Source: an uncultured Verrucomicrobiae bacterium
Lineage (GTDB): Bacteria > Verrucomicrobiota > Verrucomicrobiia > Chthoniobacterales > Terrimicrobiaceae
Length of the DNA: 64,000 bases
Direction: 5' to 3'
NCBI GenBank assembly: GCA_963706955.1
Contig: CAVPOC010000003.1
Coordinates: 256,001 to 320,000, forward strand
Of the stretch, positions 1 to 10,068 are shown piece by piece. Under the pieces are notes generated by a model that ran no database searches, was not told the origin of the DNA, and saw only the letters and a program-made list of their open reading frames with translations. The position numbers were made by a program, and so were the translations under genes. The first letter of the stretch is position 1. Every line of letters begins with the position of its first letter.

Positions 1-684
1 TTCAACCCGGACAAACCCGGGTCTTCGAAGTTGCTTTCGAAGTCTCTTCCCCAGGGAGTTATCGATCTGCCATTACGATTGCCTCAAGCGGTGCGAACAC
101 CGGTCACGATCCCCGTTGTCGGTAATGCCGTTATTCACGCTGGTCAGGCCAAAAAGATTTCCACGGAGGCGCTGAGTTCGGCGATGCAGCCAAACTCATC
201 GGCTAACGAAGCTGAGCCTGCATTGGGATCAGGTCCGGTCAAGGAAGTGCGAATTCTGAGAGCGAGCAGCCGTGTTTTTGAGGTTGGCTGGGATAGGCCC
301 GAGCCCGACCCGGTGGCTTGGATTATCCAACAACGGCACTTGGAAATGACGAGCGCCGGTCCGCCGAAGCCGGTGTGGCGAGACCTTAAGAATGTGCGGT
401 TCTTTGAGCAGGGCAGGCTGATCGGAGCGCGCTTCGAGAATCTTGCGCCCGGCCAGATCTGGTTCCTGCGCATTATCTCGATCGACGAACAAGGCCGGCG
501 GTCAGCTGCCTCTCCAACCTTCATGATGACCAGCCCGCCGGCAAAGAACCAGATCTTCGGCCGAACGCTGCTCGTGATTCTTGCCCTGGGTGCCGCGGTT
601 CTCGGCGTGCTCAAGTTTCGACAGCGCCGGCAGACAGAAGCCTCTGCGCAGGCGGAACAGATCGCACGCCTCGAAGGCCGTTGA
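1..684 (+). CDS. 5'-truncated protein with a fibronectin type III-like domain and a C-terminal membrane anchor
   Basis: Frame is open from base 1. FN3-like pattern (VGWDRP...[23 protein letters not shown]), then a hydrophobic helix and a basic tail. Confidence 0.6.
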   Translation, partial: FNPDKPGSSKLLSKSLPQGVIDLPLRLPQAVRTPVTIPVVGNAVIHAGQAKKISTEALSSAMQPNSSANEAEPALGSGPVKEVRILRASSRVFEVGWDRPEPDPVAWIIQQRHLEMTSAGPPKPVWRDLKNVRFFEQGRLIGARFENLAPGQIWFLRIISIDEQGRRSAASPTFMMTSPPAKNQIFGRTLLVILALGAAVLGVLKFRQRRQTEASAQAEQIARLEGR

Positions 685-757
685 AAATCTCCCCTTAAAT
701 CTTGTTGCTCCCGAAGTGCGCCGCCCTCACACTCCGCGGTTGGAAATCCCACTCCTC

Positions 758-1771
758 ATGCAACTCGGAATGATCGGTCTCGGCAGGATGGGCGCCAACA
801 TGGTTCGGCGTCTCATTAAGAATGGTCACCAATGCGTCGTCTTCGACGCAAACCCACAAGCGGTGAAGCAACTCGCCGGCGAAGGCGCGGTCGGGACCAA
901 CTCACTCGCCGACTTTGCCTCGAAACTGACCGCTCCCAGAAACGCATGGATCATGGTGCCTGCCGCCATCACCGACAAGGTCGTGGATGAACTCGCCAGT
1001 CACCTTCAGTCGAACGACACCATCATTGATGGCGGCAATTCTTACTTCCGGGACGATCGCCGACGCAGCGCCCATCTCAAGAAATCGGGTATCCACTACC
1101 TGGACGTCGGAACGAGCGGCGGCGTCTGGGGACTCGAGCGAGGCTACTGCATGATGATCGGCGGTGATAAGGAAGCCGTCGATCGCATGGATCCAATCTT
1201 TAAGACACTCGCTCCCGGCCGCGGCAGCGTGGAACGGACGCCCGGACGCGATAAACTCGGCGGCACGTCCGAAGATGGCTATCTGCATTGTGGGGCTTCC
1301 GGGGCCGGTCACTTTGTAAAGATGGTCCACAACGGAATCGAATATGGCCTCATGGCGGCCTTCGGCGAGGGTTTCGACATTCTCGCCAGCGCAAATGCCA
1401 GTCTGAAAAAAGGCCAAGTCGACGCGGAGACGGCGCCGATCGGAGATGACTATGTCTATGACATTAACCTGGCTGACGTTGCCGAGGTCTGGCGCCGTGG
1501 CAGCGTCGTCAGTTCCTGGTTGCTGGACTTAGCGGCAACGGCCTTCGCCGAGAACCCCACCCTCTCAAACTTTTCGGGCCGTGTCTCCGATTCCGGCGAG
1601 GGCCGCTGGACCATCATGGCGGCCATCGATGAAGCGGTCGAGGTGGATGTTCTCAGTGCCGCGCTTTTCGCACGCTTTCGCTCGCGCAAGGATCACACGA
1701 TGGCAGAAAAGGTCTGCTCCGCCATGCGCTTTCAATTCGGCGGACACCTCGAGCGGGCGGCCGGCGGCTGA
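758..1771 (+). CDS. gnd: 6-phosphogluconate dehydrogenase, decarboxylating (short YqeC type)
   Basis: [37 protein letters not shown] and DSGEGRWT motifs; ATG at 758. Confidence 0.95.
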   Translation: MQLGMIGLGRMGANMVRRLIKNGHQCVVFDANPQAVKQLAGEGAVGTNSLADFASKLTAPRNAWIMVPAAITDKVVDELASHLQSNDTIIDGGNSYFRDDRRRSAHLKKSGIHYLDVGTSGGVWGLERGYCMMIGGDKEAVDRMDPIFKTLAPGRGSVERTPGRDKLGGTSEDGYLHCGASGAGHFVKMVHNGIEYGLMAAFGEGFDILASANASLKKGQVDAETAPIGDDYVYDINLADVAEVWRRGSVVSSWLLDLAATAFAENPTLSNFSGRVSDSGEGRWTIMAAIDEAVEVDVLSAALFARFRSRKDHTMAEKVCSAMRFQFGGHLERAAGG

Positions 1772-1804
1772 GGATTGACCAACGCCAGCGCTTGAGCACG
1801 ACAG

Positions 1805-3073
1805 ATGGCAAGGGCCTTGTTCGATGTCGTGGTGATTGGTGGGGGACCTGCCGGGAGCATCGCTGCAACCTCATTGGCACTCTCTGGGCGGACCGTAGCC
1901 GTCATCGAGCGTGAAAAGTTCCCCCGTTTTCACATCGGAGAGTCTTTGCTTCCCTTCAGTATGGACGCGTTCGAGCGCCTCGGTATTCTCCGGAAGCTCG
2001 ATGCGGCGGGCTTCATTCGTAAATACGGCGCTGAGATTACCTCGGGCTGCGGAAGTGGAGAGATCCGCTTCTATTTCAAAGATGGATTCCGCTCGAAGAC
2101 AGCCACTGCCTTTCAAGTTGAGCGCTCAAAATTTGACAAGATCCTCTTGGATCATGCACGCGAATGCGGCGCCCATGTGCGCGAGGAGACCAGCGTGGAA
2201 GACATCGCTCTTTCGCCTGGGCGTCCCAGACTGACCATCAAGGCCAAAAGCGGTTTGCTGGAGGAAATCGACGCGGAATACTTGCTCGATTGCAGCGGAC
2301 GCCACTCGGTGCTGGGCACTCGACTTGGGCTGAAACGCGAGTATGCCGGGCTGCAAAAGTTCGCGGTATACGCCCACTACGTCGGAGCGCAGCAGCCGAG
2401 CGGGATCGACGGGACGCTTACGAGAATGGTCCGCGCGCAGGACCATTGGTTTTGGATCATCCCCCTTTCGCCCGAGAAAATCAGCGTTGGAGTGGTGATG
2501 GATACACACCGCTACCGGTCGCTTCGCCGGGATCCGGCAGAGATTCTCGATATGTTTTTGGCGGAACAGCCGATCATGCGTGAGCGCTTGCGTGGGGCAC
2601 GGCGGGTGAGCAAAGTCTACGCCAGTGGCGATTATTCCTATCGAAATTCCTCCCTTCATGGCGACCGATGGCTCATGGCCGGTGACGCCGCCGGCTTTAT
2701 CGACCCGATTTTCAGCAGTGGCGTATTTTTAGCAATTCTCAGCGGTGAAAAAGCCGCTGAGGCGATTGACGGAGCGCTGTCGGCTCCGCATCAGGCAAGC
2801 AAGTTGTTCGCTCGCTACGAACGGCATCTGGCCAAGATCATGCGGCTGTATCTTAAGTTCGTTTACTCCTGGTATCGGCAGGAGTTCGTCGAGACAGTTC
2901 TCGCTCCGCGTGAGTTCTTGCAGGTTGTGCCGGCGGTTAATGCGGTGCTTGCCGGCAATGTCGGCCGCTCGTTTGCACTACGGTGGAGGATTTGGCTGTT
3001 CCACTTAATCGTTGCGGTGCAGCGCCGCTTTCATATCTTTCCGCGACTTTCTCTCGCACCAAAGATTTCATGA
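1805..3073 (+). CDS. FAD-dependent oxidoreductase, flavin-dependent halogenase family
   Basis: GGGPAG, FPRFHIGESL, WFWIIP (WxWxIP) and GDAAGFIDPIFSSGV. Confidence 0.85.
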   Translation: MARALFDVVVIGGGPAGSIAATSLALSGRTVAVIEREKFPRFHIGESLLPFSMDAFERLGILRKLDAAGFIRKYGAEITSGCGSGEIRFYFKDGFRSKTATAFQVERSKFDKILLDHARECGAHVREETSVEDIALSPGRPRLTIKAKSGLLEEIDAEYLLDCSGRHSVLGTRLGLKREYAGLQKFAVYAHYVGAQQPSGIDGTLTRMVRAQDHWFWIIPLSPEKISVGVVMDTHRYRSLRRDPAEILDMFLAEQPIMRERLRGARRVSKVYASGDYSYRNSSLHGDRWLMAGDAAGFIDPIFSSGVFLAILSGEKAAEAIDGALSAPHQASKLFARYERHLAKIMRLYLKFVYSWYRQEFVETVLAPREFLQVVPAVNAVLAGNVGRSFALRWRIWLFHLIVAVQRRFHIFPRLSLAPKIS

Positions 3074-3549
3074 AGCGCGCTCTGGTCGTATGTTTTGCCT
3101 TCCTCATGGCCGGTTGTGTCGCCACGCGTGAACTTACCGCATTTCAGGCGGATTCATCAGAAAAAGCCCTTATTCGGTGGCAGCGGAAAGGCAGGTCCCT
3201 GGTCTACGATGCCGTCTGCGCTCGTGCTCGAGACGGTTCAGTCTCAGTTCGGCTATACAAGCAAAGCCCTATGCCGCTCGCCGAGTTTCGGCTCGGATCG
3301 GCGAATTTTTTCGAGGCAAGCGGCCGTCTCGCCGGACGAGGCTGGTCCGGACCAGCTGCCGACGCCCCGCCTCCTTTCTCAACCTGGCTCTGGTTTTTGA
3401 GTGCCTACCAGAAATTCGCCCAATCAGGCTCTCCGTCACTGCAAAGCGAGACCATGCGGGTGACTTCTACGAAGTCCGGTGACAAATTGAAGGTGCTGAG
3501 TGTCTCCAACAGCAAGACAGGCGAGGTGATATCGGCGATTTTCAATTGA
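3070..3549 (+). CDS. Hypothetical lipoprotein
   Basis: MKRALVVCFAFLMAGC lipobox; ATGA overlap with the upstream stop. Confidence 0.7.
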   Translation: MKRALVVCFAFLMAGCVATRELTAFQADSSEKALIRWQRKGRSLVYDAVCARARDGSVSVRLYKQSPMPLAEFRLGSANFFEASGRLAGRGWSGPAADAPPPFSTWLWFLSAYQKFAQSGSPSLQSETMRVTSTKSGDKLKVLSVSNSKTGEVISAIFN

Positions 3550-3600
3550 AATGCCGCCGGAGAGTTCATCCGCCGTCGTTAGCGGCTGGATCGACCATCG

Positions 3601-3984
3601 ATGAGTGCGTCGGAACTTTATCCCTCCGATGCGAAAATGCAGCTGGAGGAAATCACCACCGCGACACGACACCTGTTTCTCTGCGTCGGTCCCGATTGTT
3701 GTGATTCAGCCGTGGGCGAAGCTCTTTGGAGTGTCCTCAAGACCGAAACCCGAAAACTTTCCGTGCCTGTGCTTCGCACTAAGGCAGCCTGCCTGCGCGT
3801 CTGTAGAGGTGGCCCGTGGTTGGTTGTCTATCCCGACGGAATTTGGTATGGCGCACTCACTGCCGAGAAGCTGCGCCGCATCCTCAAGGAACACATCGAA
3901 GAAGGCGCGCCAGTCCGCGAGTGGATCGCAGCGGAGATGCCCAAGCTGGCGAAACGGAAAGATGCGAACGGAAGATCAGAGTAA
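3601..3984 (+). CDS. Thioredoxin-like [2Fe-2S] ferredoxin
   Basis: HLFLC..PDCC, CLRVCRGGP and VYPDGIWY motifs. Confidence 0.9.
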   Translation: MSASELYPSDAKMQLEEITTATRHLFLCVGPDCCDSAVGEALWSVLKTETRKLSVPVLRTKAACLRVCRGGPWLVVYPDGIWYGALTAEKLRRILKEHIEEGAPVREWIAAEMPKLAKRKDANGRSE

Positions 3985-4003
3985 GTCGAACGGCAACGGC
4001 TGG

Positions 4004-4471
4004 TCATGCGCCGGTCGGTTTTTCAAACTTCTTAGCGACTCCGTTGTACAAGAGTAATCCGCTTCCCGCGCCGACGAAGAGCAAGGCAGCTAATAGATGC
4101 CACCCACTGATGTGACCGCTCATGACAGCTCCAAAGCACCCACAGGATATGTCGAGCCCACGCCACCACGCCGAGCCGACTGCGACCGTAAAGGTCATCC
4201 CTAGAGCGCAGACCGAAAGCAGGGCGCCCAGATAGAGCGGCGTCGAGAGCAACCCGACGGCTGTCACTAGTTCGAGCCAGGGTAGAAAGTAGCCCAGGAC
4301 GACTGACAGCAACCATGGCGTCAATTGGAAGCGGTCCACCTCCACGGCAAAATTCTCTGGCTGGAAAGCCTTGGCCGCGCCAGCGACCAGCAGGGCTAGC
4401 GCTAGCAGCGTGCGAAGGCCCCACTCCACTACCTGGCCCGCCATGCCTCGTAGCCTCCTTTCAGCACCCAA
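4004..4471 (-). CDS. MauE/DoxX family membrane protein
   Basis: LPWLEL and GLDISCGCFG motifs with hydrophobic helices; the start may be the internal Met at 4444. Confidence 0.85.
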   Translation of the reverse strand: MGAERRLRGMAGQVVEWGLRTLLALALLVAGAAKAFQPENFAVEVDRFQLTPWLLSVVLGYFLPWLELVTAVGLLSTPLYLGALLSVCALGMTFTVAVGSAWWRGLDISCGCFGAVMSGHISGWHLLAALLFVGAGSGLLLYNGVAKKFEKPTGA

Positions 4472-4863
4472 ACATTCTCGATCGCGGACTCCTCGCGAAG
4501 GCGACTCGCCACTTCATAGCCGTTGTCTGAGTCAGCTTCCCCATAAACGACGACCTGGCAGCCTGGCTGCCACTGATCATAGAACTTCGAGACAAGACTG
4601 TCCCATTCTGCCTGGTTCAGAAGAACTGCTTCGGGAATATGGCGGCTCTCGAACTTGGCCTTCGAACGTGCGTCCACCCACAGTATCTCGGGAGCGCCCA
4701 TGGAACTTAAAACTTGCAAATCGACCTCGCCGGCGGCGAGCGGTTCGGAGGGCCTCGTTTTTCGAAGCGCCCAGGAAAGAGACGCAAACAAAACAGCGAA
4801 CAGGATCAGCCAGCTGAGCTGACGCACTGCTGTGGCTAGGACCTGCCGAAGACGCCTGTGCAC
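4429..4863 (-). CDS. Rhodanese-like domain protein with an N-terminal membrane anchor
   Basis: WVDARS..F...HIPEA and VLKGGYEAW motifs. Confidence 0.85.
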   Translation of the reverse strand: MHRRLRQVLATAVRQLSWLILFAVLFASLSWALRKTRPSEPLAAGEVDLQVLSSMGAPEILWVDARSKAKFESRHIPEAVLLNQAEWDSLVSKFYDQWQPGCQVVVYGEADSDNGYEVASRLREESAIENVWVLKGGYEAWRAR

Positions 4864-4871
4864 GGCGGAGA

Positions 4872-5558
4872 CTACTTGACGCGGACATGCAACGGATAGC
4901 TCTTCGGCGCATCAGGCGGATAGTCCGTCTCTATGGTCACGACCGTGGAGAGTTTTTCCGCTGTGTCGGCCGGAGCCACCGTCAGGGTATAGTCAGACGC
5001 CTCTGTGTTGACGTGGAGCTGAGTAGTCACGCGCGGGCTCGACGACGTGATAGAGCGAATCTTAACCGGAACGTCTTTTGGCGCTGTCAATTGCACCATC
5101 TTTGGAGTGGCGCTTTCGCCAACCCGCCAAAGTAGAAGGCCTGGTCTGACCGTCAGAGGTTCGAGGATGGCAACGTTGAGTCCAAGCTGTTTCTCGGTGC
5201 CGTCGCTCAGTCCCACGGTGATCACTTTTCTCTGGAGACCCTTCCGACTCCCAAAGGTGAAGCGGGCCGTGATTTGCCCGCTCTCGCCTGGCAGATAGGT
5301 CTTTTTGTCAGTTTGCGCTACGGTGCACCCGCATGAGGAACTGACGCGCACGATCATGACAGGGCTCGAACCCGCATTCTTGAAGGCATAATGGGCTTCG
5401 ACCGACTCGTCGGCGGGGACGCGCTCGAATTCCTGGATGGGATTCTCCCAAACTAGTTGTCCGAGCGCGGAGACAGCCGTGGCAAGAATGGTGCTGGCGA
5501 GGATTATGCCACGCCTCTGGCGAGATAAGGTAATCATCCTAGGCTTAGGGTCGATCAT
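4872..5558 (-). CDS. DUF1573 domain exported protein
   Basis: FKNAG..P..I..V.SSCGCT...PGESG motif; signal peptide. Confidence 0.8.
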   Translation of the reverse strand: MIDPKPRMITLSRQRRGIILASTILATAVSALGQLVWENPIQEFERVPADESVEAHYAFKNAGSSPVMIVRVSSSCGCTVAQTDKKTYLPGESGQITARFTFGSRKGLQRKVITVGLSDGTEKQLGLNVAILEPLTVRPGLLLWRVGESATPKMVQLTAPKDVPVKIRSITSSSPRVTTQLHVNTEASDYTLTVAPADTAEKLSTVVTIETDYPPDAPKSYPLHVRVK

Positions 5559-5717
5559 CTAGGGTTGAGAGTATGGTCGACGAAGCCGGTTTTTTTCAAG
5601 CACCCCGCGTATTCTTTGATCCAAAGTCTACGTGATTCCACAAATTGCACGGTTCTAGCAAAGGGTAGGGACGCCGCTAGTTGAGAACAACGCGAGGCGC
5701 CTCAGTCGTCTTGGTCT

Positions 5718-6314
5718 TTAGCGAAAGCGCACTTTGTCGGATGTCCTGGTATCCGCTTTGAGTCGCTGGGTCATGTGGTCCAGGGCAAATCGATATTGGC
5801 GCTTGGTCTCAGAGGCGATGCAGTCGCAAGGCACGACGACATTGAAATCTCGCATGTAGGCGTCGTTGGCCGTATACAAGACGCAAATGTCGGCGGCGAA
5901 CCCGGTAAGCACGAGACGCTGAATTTGGAGCCGCTCAAGGAGCACCTCGAGTGTCGTCGAGAAGAAGGCCGAGTGCATCGGCTTAAGAACAAAATAATCA
6001 TCTTCATCGGGCTTCAGGAGTTCGACGATGGTTCGGCCTGGCCGCTTTTCCGCCATGCAATGTTCTATTTGCTGGTGGAAGTCTGATCGCCACCGTCCGA
6101 AGTTGTCATTCGCATAAATGACGGGAACGCGGCTCCGTTTGGCACGTCCCTTCAGCGTCGCGATCTTGCGAGAGGCTGGCAAGGCGTAACGCAAGAGCTG
6201 GTCGGCGCGGGGAAAGTCAAAATCATTGATCACGTCGATCAGAATCAGCGCCTGGCCAGGCCGTTCCTTCGTAACAGCCTTCTTCTGCTTGGCAGTTTTA
6301 TTTGTCTGCTTCAT
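5718..6314 (-). CDS. Isochorismatase-family cysteine hydrolase
   Basis: ALILIDVINDF, KPMHSAF and GFAADICV. Confidence 0.9.
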   Translation of the reverse strand: MKQTNKTAKQKKAVTKERPGQALILIDVINDFDFPRADQLLRYALPASRKIATLKGRAKRSRVPVIYANDNFGRWRSDFHQQIEHCMAEKRPGRTIVELLKPDEDDYFVLKPMHSAFFSTTLEVLLERLQIQRLVLTGFAADICVLYTANDAYMRDFNVVVPCDCIASETKRQYRFALDHMTQRLKADTRTSDKVRFR

Positions 6315-6394
6315 AAACCTACTCCTTCTTCAACGATGCCGTCCTTCCGAGAGCCCAAGCAAGAAGTGGAGCAGATGACTTGCGTCTGTTGCGC

Positions 6395-7702
6395 CTACAC
6401 TTGCGAATGAAACGGCAGCATCACCCATTCGACGAATCGGTCCCATAACGATCGTTTCTCGAAGTCTTCCAGCGTGTAGCGCCTCGAGCGCAGCAAATCG
6501 CGCTCGAATACCTCCTGCATCTGGCGGCCAAAGGCGCGATCATAGACGGTGATGTCCAGTTCCTCATTAATTTGCGCGGAGCGGGCGTCAAAATTTGATG
6601 AACCGAGCACTGAGAATATCCCATCGACCACGATGGTCTTGGAATGAATCATCGTCGGGCTGTACTCGTAGATTTGCACGCCGGCCTCGAGCAACTCGCC
6701 GTAAGCTGTGCGCCCGGCGGCCTTGGTGGCAGGCTGGTCGTTGTGTTTTCCCGGAAGCAGCAGGCGGACATCGACACCGCGTTTGACCGCCGCAACCAGC
6801 GAGCGAGTCTGACTGCTGCTTGGGGCGCAGTAAGCGTTGGTAATATAAATGGACTTCTGGGCCGCCGAGAAGGCGACTGCCTGCACAAGAGAGAGGGGCG
6901 CGGTTGAAAAAGAGTGACTGGGGACAACCTGGGCACGGAGATTTCCAGCCGGAGGCAATTCGGGGAACTCTCCGCTTCCGCTAAGCGTTTCTCCGACCTC
7001 CTTGAACCAATGTTCTTGAAAGGCGGCCTGTAGTTTGCCGACGATTGGACCTTCCAAGCGGGCATGAACCTCACGCCAGTGATCGGGCGCATCAGCGTCG
7101 CCCAACCACTCGTCAGAAAAACCGACTCCTCCGGTAAAGCCGACACGGCCATCGACTACCAGGATTCGGCGGTGCGTGCGCCGATTCACACGGTCAATTC
7201 GCCACGAGGCGATCGGATGATAATAGGCGAACGCACACCCGGCTTGCATGAGTCGCTCGAGATCTGCCTTGTCCAAAGCCAAGCCGGAACCGATGCCGTC
7301 GAGCAACACGCGCACCCGCACACCAGCGCGCGCGCGCTCGGCCAGCGCATCGCAAAACTCGGTCGCAACTTGACCGGAGTGAAACAGGAACGCCTCGAAG
7401 TTGACACTTTCGCGCGCGCCCTTGATGGCTTCCAGCATGGCCGGAAAGATCATTTTTCCGTTATGGAGAAGCTCAATTTTATTCCCAGCAATCGCCAGTG
7501 GATCCGCCAAGGCATGAGCGGAGGGAAAAAACTCCGGGTCATCGACCGTAAACTTGTGATCGAGATAATACTCGACCGTGTCGCGGCGGATAAAGAGAAC
7601 ACCGAAGACGATCGCTGCTCCCAGGAAAACCGCCAACGCCAGGAGCCAGGCAGGTGCCTGTCGCCGGAACCAGCCTCGATTCTGCGCTCGCTTCTTCGCC
7701 AT
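6395..7702 (-). CDS. cls: Cardiolipin synthase-like phospholipase D
   Basis: Two PLD motifs (HRRILVVD and HSKTIVVD) and GSSNFD. Confidence 0.85.
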   Translation of the reverse strand: MAKKRAQNRGWFRRQAPAWLLALAVFLGAAIVFGVLFIRRDTVEYYLDHKFTVDDPEFFPSAHALADPLAIAGNKIELLHNGKMIFPAMLEAIKGARESVNFEAFLFHSGQVATEFCDALAERARAGVRVRVLLDGIGSGLALDKADLERLMQAGCAFAYYHPIASWRIDRVNRRTHRRILVVDGRVGFTGGVGFSDEWLGDADAPDHWREVHARLEGPIVGKLQAAFQEHWFKEVGETLSGSGEFPELPPAGNLRAQVVPSHSFSTAPLSLVQAVAFSAAQKSIYITNAYCAPSSSQTRSLVAAVKRGVDVRLLLPGKHNDQPATKAAGRTAYGELLEAGVQIYEYSPTMIHSKTIVVDGIFSVLGSSNFDARSAQINEELDITVYDRAFGRQMQEVFERDLLRSRRYTLEDFEKRSLWDRFVEWVMLPFHSQV

Positions 7703-8707
7703 CTAAAAGGAGGTCTGACCCGTGGAAGAAGTCTCGAGCGCGAAAGGGCGGTGCGCCGCCCAGCGTTGTGCCAAGAACGCACAAACCATCAATTGGATCT
7801 GGTGAAAGAGCATCAAGGGAAGAATCATTGGCCCGACAATGCTCCCCGCAAACAGCACATTCGCGATGGGCACTCCCGTCGCCAGACTCTTCTTCGAGCC
7901 GCAAAACAGAATGGTAATTCGATCCGCGCGATTGAAACGAAACAACGCGCTGGATAACCACATCGTCGCCATGACGATCGCCAAGAGCAGGCAATCGATC
8001 ACGAGAACTCCGACGAGGACTCGCCAGGGGGTTTGCCGCCACAATCCCTCGACAACAGCTCCGCTGAAGGCCACGTAAACGACCAGCAATATCGAGCCGC
8101 GATCGACGAGGCTGGTGAGTCGGCGCCGGCGCTCGACCCACCCACCAATCAACGGCCTGACCGCATGACCGAATGCAAAAGGAACAAGAATCTGCAAAAC
8201 AATTTCCCAAAATGAACCGGACATCGAAACTCCGGCGCCCTCTCGGGCAATAAGCACCCCGACCAAGATGGGTGTCAGAAAGACTGCGAATACATTTGAG
8301 GCTGACGCACTGCAGACGGCTGCAGGCACGTTCCCACCGGCGATCGAGGTAAATGCGATGGACGACTGCACCGTGGAAGGCAGCACGCAAAGAAAGAGGA
8401 TGCCGAGATAGAGATCCGGAGTGACCACCAGAGAACCGAGTGGCCGGAGAAGCAATCCCAAAAGAGGAAAAAGCACAAAGGTGCCGAAAAACACCAACGC
8501 GTGCAGACGCCAATGTGCGGCTCCCGCAATGATCGCTTCCCGCGAAAGTTTTGCGCCATGGAGGAAAAACAGGAGAGCGATGGCGGCACTGGTAATAACC
8601 GCAAACGCTCCCGCAACCTTTCCTCGGCAGGGCACCACTGTGGCCAGCAGAACTGTAAAGAGTAGCGCAATCGTAAATGAGTCGACAAACCGGCGCACGC
8701 TGCCCAT
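7703..8707 (-). CDS. Bile acid:sodium symporter family transporter (YfeH-like)
   Basis: LFFLHGAKLS, LPSTVQSSIAFT and FCGSKKSLA; many TM helices. Confidence 0.9.
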   Translation of the reverse strand: MGSVRRFVDSFTIALLFTVLLATVVPCRGKVAGAFAVITSAAIALLFFLHGAKLSREAIIAGAAHWRLHALVFFGTFVLFPLLGLLLRPLGSLVVTPDLYLGILFLCVLPSTVQSSIAFTSIAGGNVPAAVCSASASNVFAVFLTPILVGVLIAREGAGVSMSGSFWEIVLQILVPFAFGHAVRPLIGGWVERRRRLTSLVDRGSILLVVYVAFSGAVVEGLWRQTPWRVLVGVLVIDCLLLAIVMATMWLSSALFRFNRADRITILFCGSKKSLATGVPIANVLFAGSIVGPMILPLMLFHQIQLMVCAFLAQRWAAHRPFALETSSTGQTSF

Positions 8708-8852
8708 GGAAAGCCGCAGCATAACAGAAGTTAAGGCTGAGCAGAGAAAAAAGCAGGCGCCTGAGCACCCGCCCTTCATTCGCCCTGATCAAAAGCTAGC
8801 GATTTTTGCCTGGTTCCGGAGCAGGGTTTCTATGATCTTTTCGCGAGCAGCC

Positions 8853-9368
8853 ATGAGTGAGGTCGAGACTCATCAATTTCCCGACGGAGGCGAGATACCG
8901 AACAATCCAAGATTGCCTTTGCTTATTTACAAAGGGGCCGTCGCGGCGCGGGGAGAAGAGGCCGCAGAGCTGATCGAGGCGCTTTACGCCAGGAACGAGT
9001 GGCGAGCCGCCTGGCGCTATGGCGTATATCCGTTTCCCCATTACCACAGCACCGCGCACGAGGTGCTGGGTGTCTATCGTGGGCATGCTTTGATTCGCCT
9101 TGGCCATACAGTCGGCATTAGTGCACACGTCGAAGCGGGCGACGTGATCGTCATTCCAGCTGGGGTAGGGCACCAGAACCTTGGCAGCAGTCCAGACTTT
9201 CACGTCGTCGGAGGTTATCCGATCGGTCAAAGTGCCGATCTCTTGCGGGGTAACCAGGGCGAGCGACCGGCCGCTGACGATCGCATTCTCGCTGTTCCCC
9301 TGCCAAAGGCTGATCCGGTGGAGGGTGTGAGCGGACCTCTCGCTAAACTCTGGGGCGCTCGGCGGTGA
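8853..9368 (+). CDS. Cupin domain protein (YjlB-like)
   Basis: IPNNPRLP, HYHSTAHEVL and IPAGVGH. Confidence 0.85.
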   Translation: MSEVETHQFPDGGEIPNNPRLPLLIYKGAVAARGEEAAELIEALYARNEWRAAWRYGVYPFPHYHSTAHEVLGVYRGHALIRLGHTVGISAHVEAGDVIVIPAGVGHQNLGSSPDFHVVGGYPIGQSADLLRGNQGERPAADDRILAVPLPKADPVEGVSGPLAKLWGARR

Positions 9369-9416
9369 GTTTTCTCGAGCTACCACGGGCGAGCCCAACA
9401 AGCTATTCTTCGAAGT

Positions 9417-10028
9417 ATGGAGACGAGGGATACTGAAGCACCGGCCACTCACGACAGCATCAAGCCCGCGGAGGCAAGCAGAGCCTTTTCGGTCTGGCTA
9501 CTCATGCCGATTGCGTTTCTCGCGATGGGGATCCTTTGCCTTTGGATGGGTGCGCTCATGAGCGTTCGTTGCGAGCGCGCCAAGTCGGCTGCGAGCGATG
9601 CGCCGCGGGCGCACATGGCCAGCGTCACCGTCGAGCGCAGCCTTCTTGGCGTAATTCCAATTTCAAAAACTACGCTGCCCAATGTCGTCGGGGTGGTTTC
9701 TGTTCATGGCTCTTCGGCGCAAGCTCAAGTCGCGCGCCCTCAAATCGATGCGGTCTTGACGCTGCGACTGGCGGATGGGCGCATCTGGAATGCGCCGCCG
9801 GCCTATGCCCCGCTGGGAACCCCGCCGTGGAAGATGGCCAGGCAAATCACCCAGTTCATCGACAATCCTTCCGCTCCACCGCTCAGCTTGTGGTGCGTGT
9901 CGTGGATGCTGCATCTGGCGGCCACGCCTTTCTTATTGGTTGGCGTATTTTCGGCGTATTTTGGCGTGAGATCGCTCATTCGCCTTAGAGCTCAGCTTAG
10001 ATTAGCGCGGCCGAGCGGCTCGCCATGA
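9417..10028 (+). CDS. Hypothetical membrane protein
   Basis: 203-aa ORF filling the gap between two genes, with two hydrophobic segments. Confidence 0.55.
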   Translation: METRDTEAPATHDSIKPAEASRAFSVWLLMPIAFLAMGILCLWMGALMSVRCERAKSAASDAPRAHMASVTVERSLLGVIPISKTTLPNVVGVVSVHGSSAQAQVARPQIDAVLTLRLADGRIWNAPPAYAPLGTPPWKMARQITQFIDNPSAPPLSLWCVSWMLHLAATPFLLVGVFSAYFGVRSLIRLRAQLRLARPSGSP

Positions 10029-10068
10029 ACCCGACAAGCTGCAATCTTAGGCGTTTCCGGCTGAGGAT

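Noticed and set aside
540..684. PEP-CTERM sorting signal on the first ORF
   Set aside because: The TM helix and basic tail are present, but there is no PEP motif.
7064..8792. Long alternative ORFs (7064-7957 +, 7539-8792 -) and similar shadow ORFs elsewhere
   Set aside because: They overlap well-supported genes, have no motifs, and are expected in GC-rich DNA.
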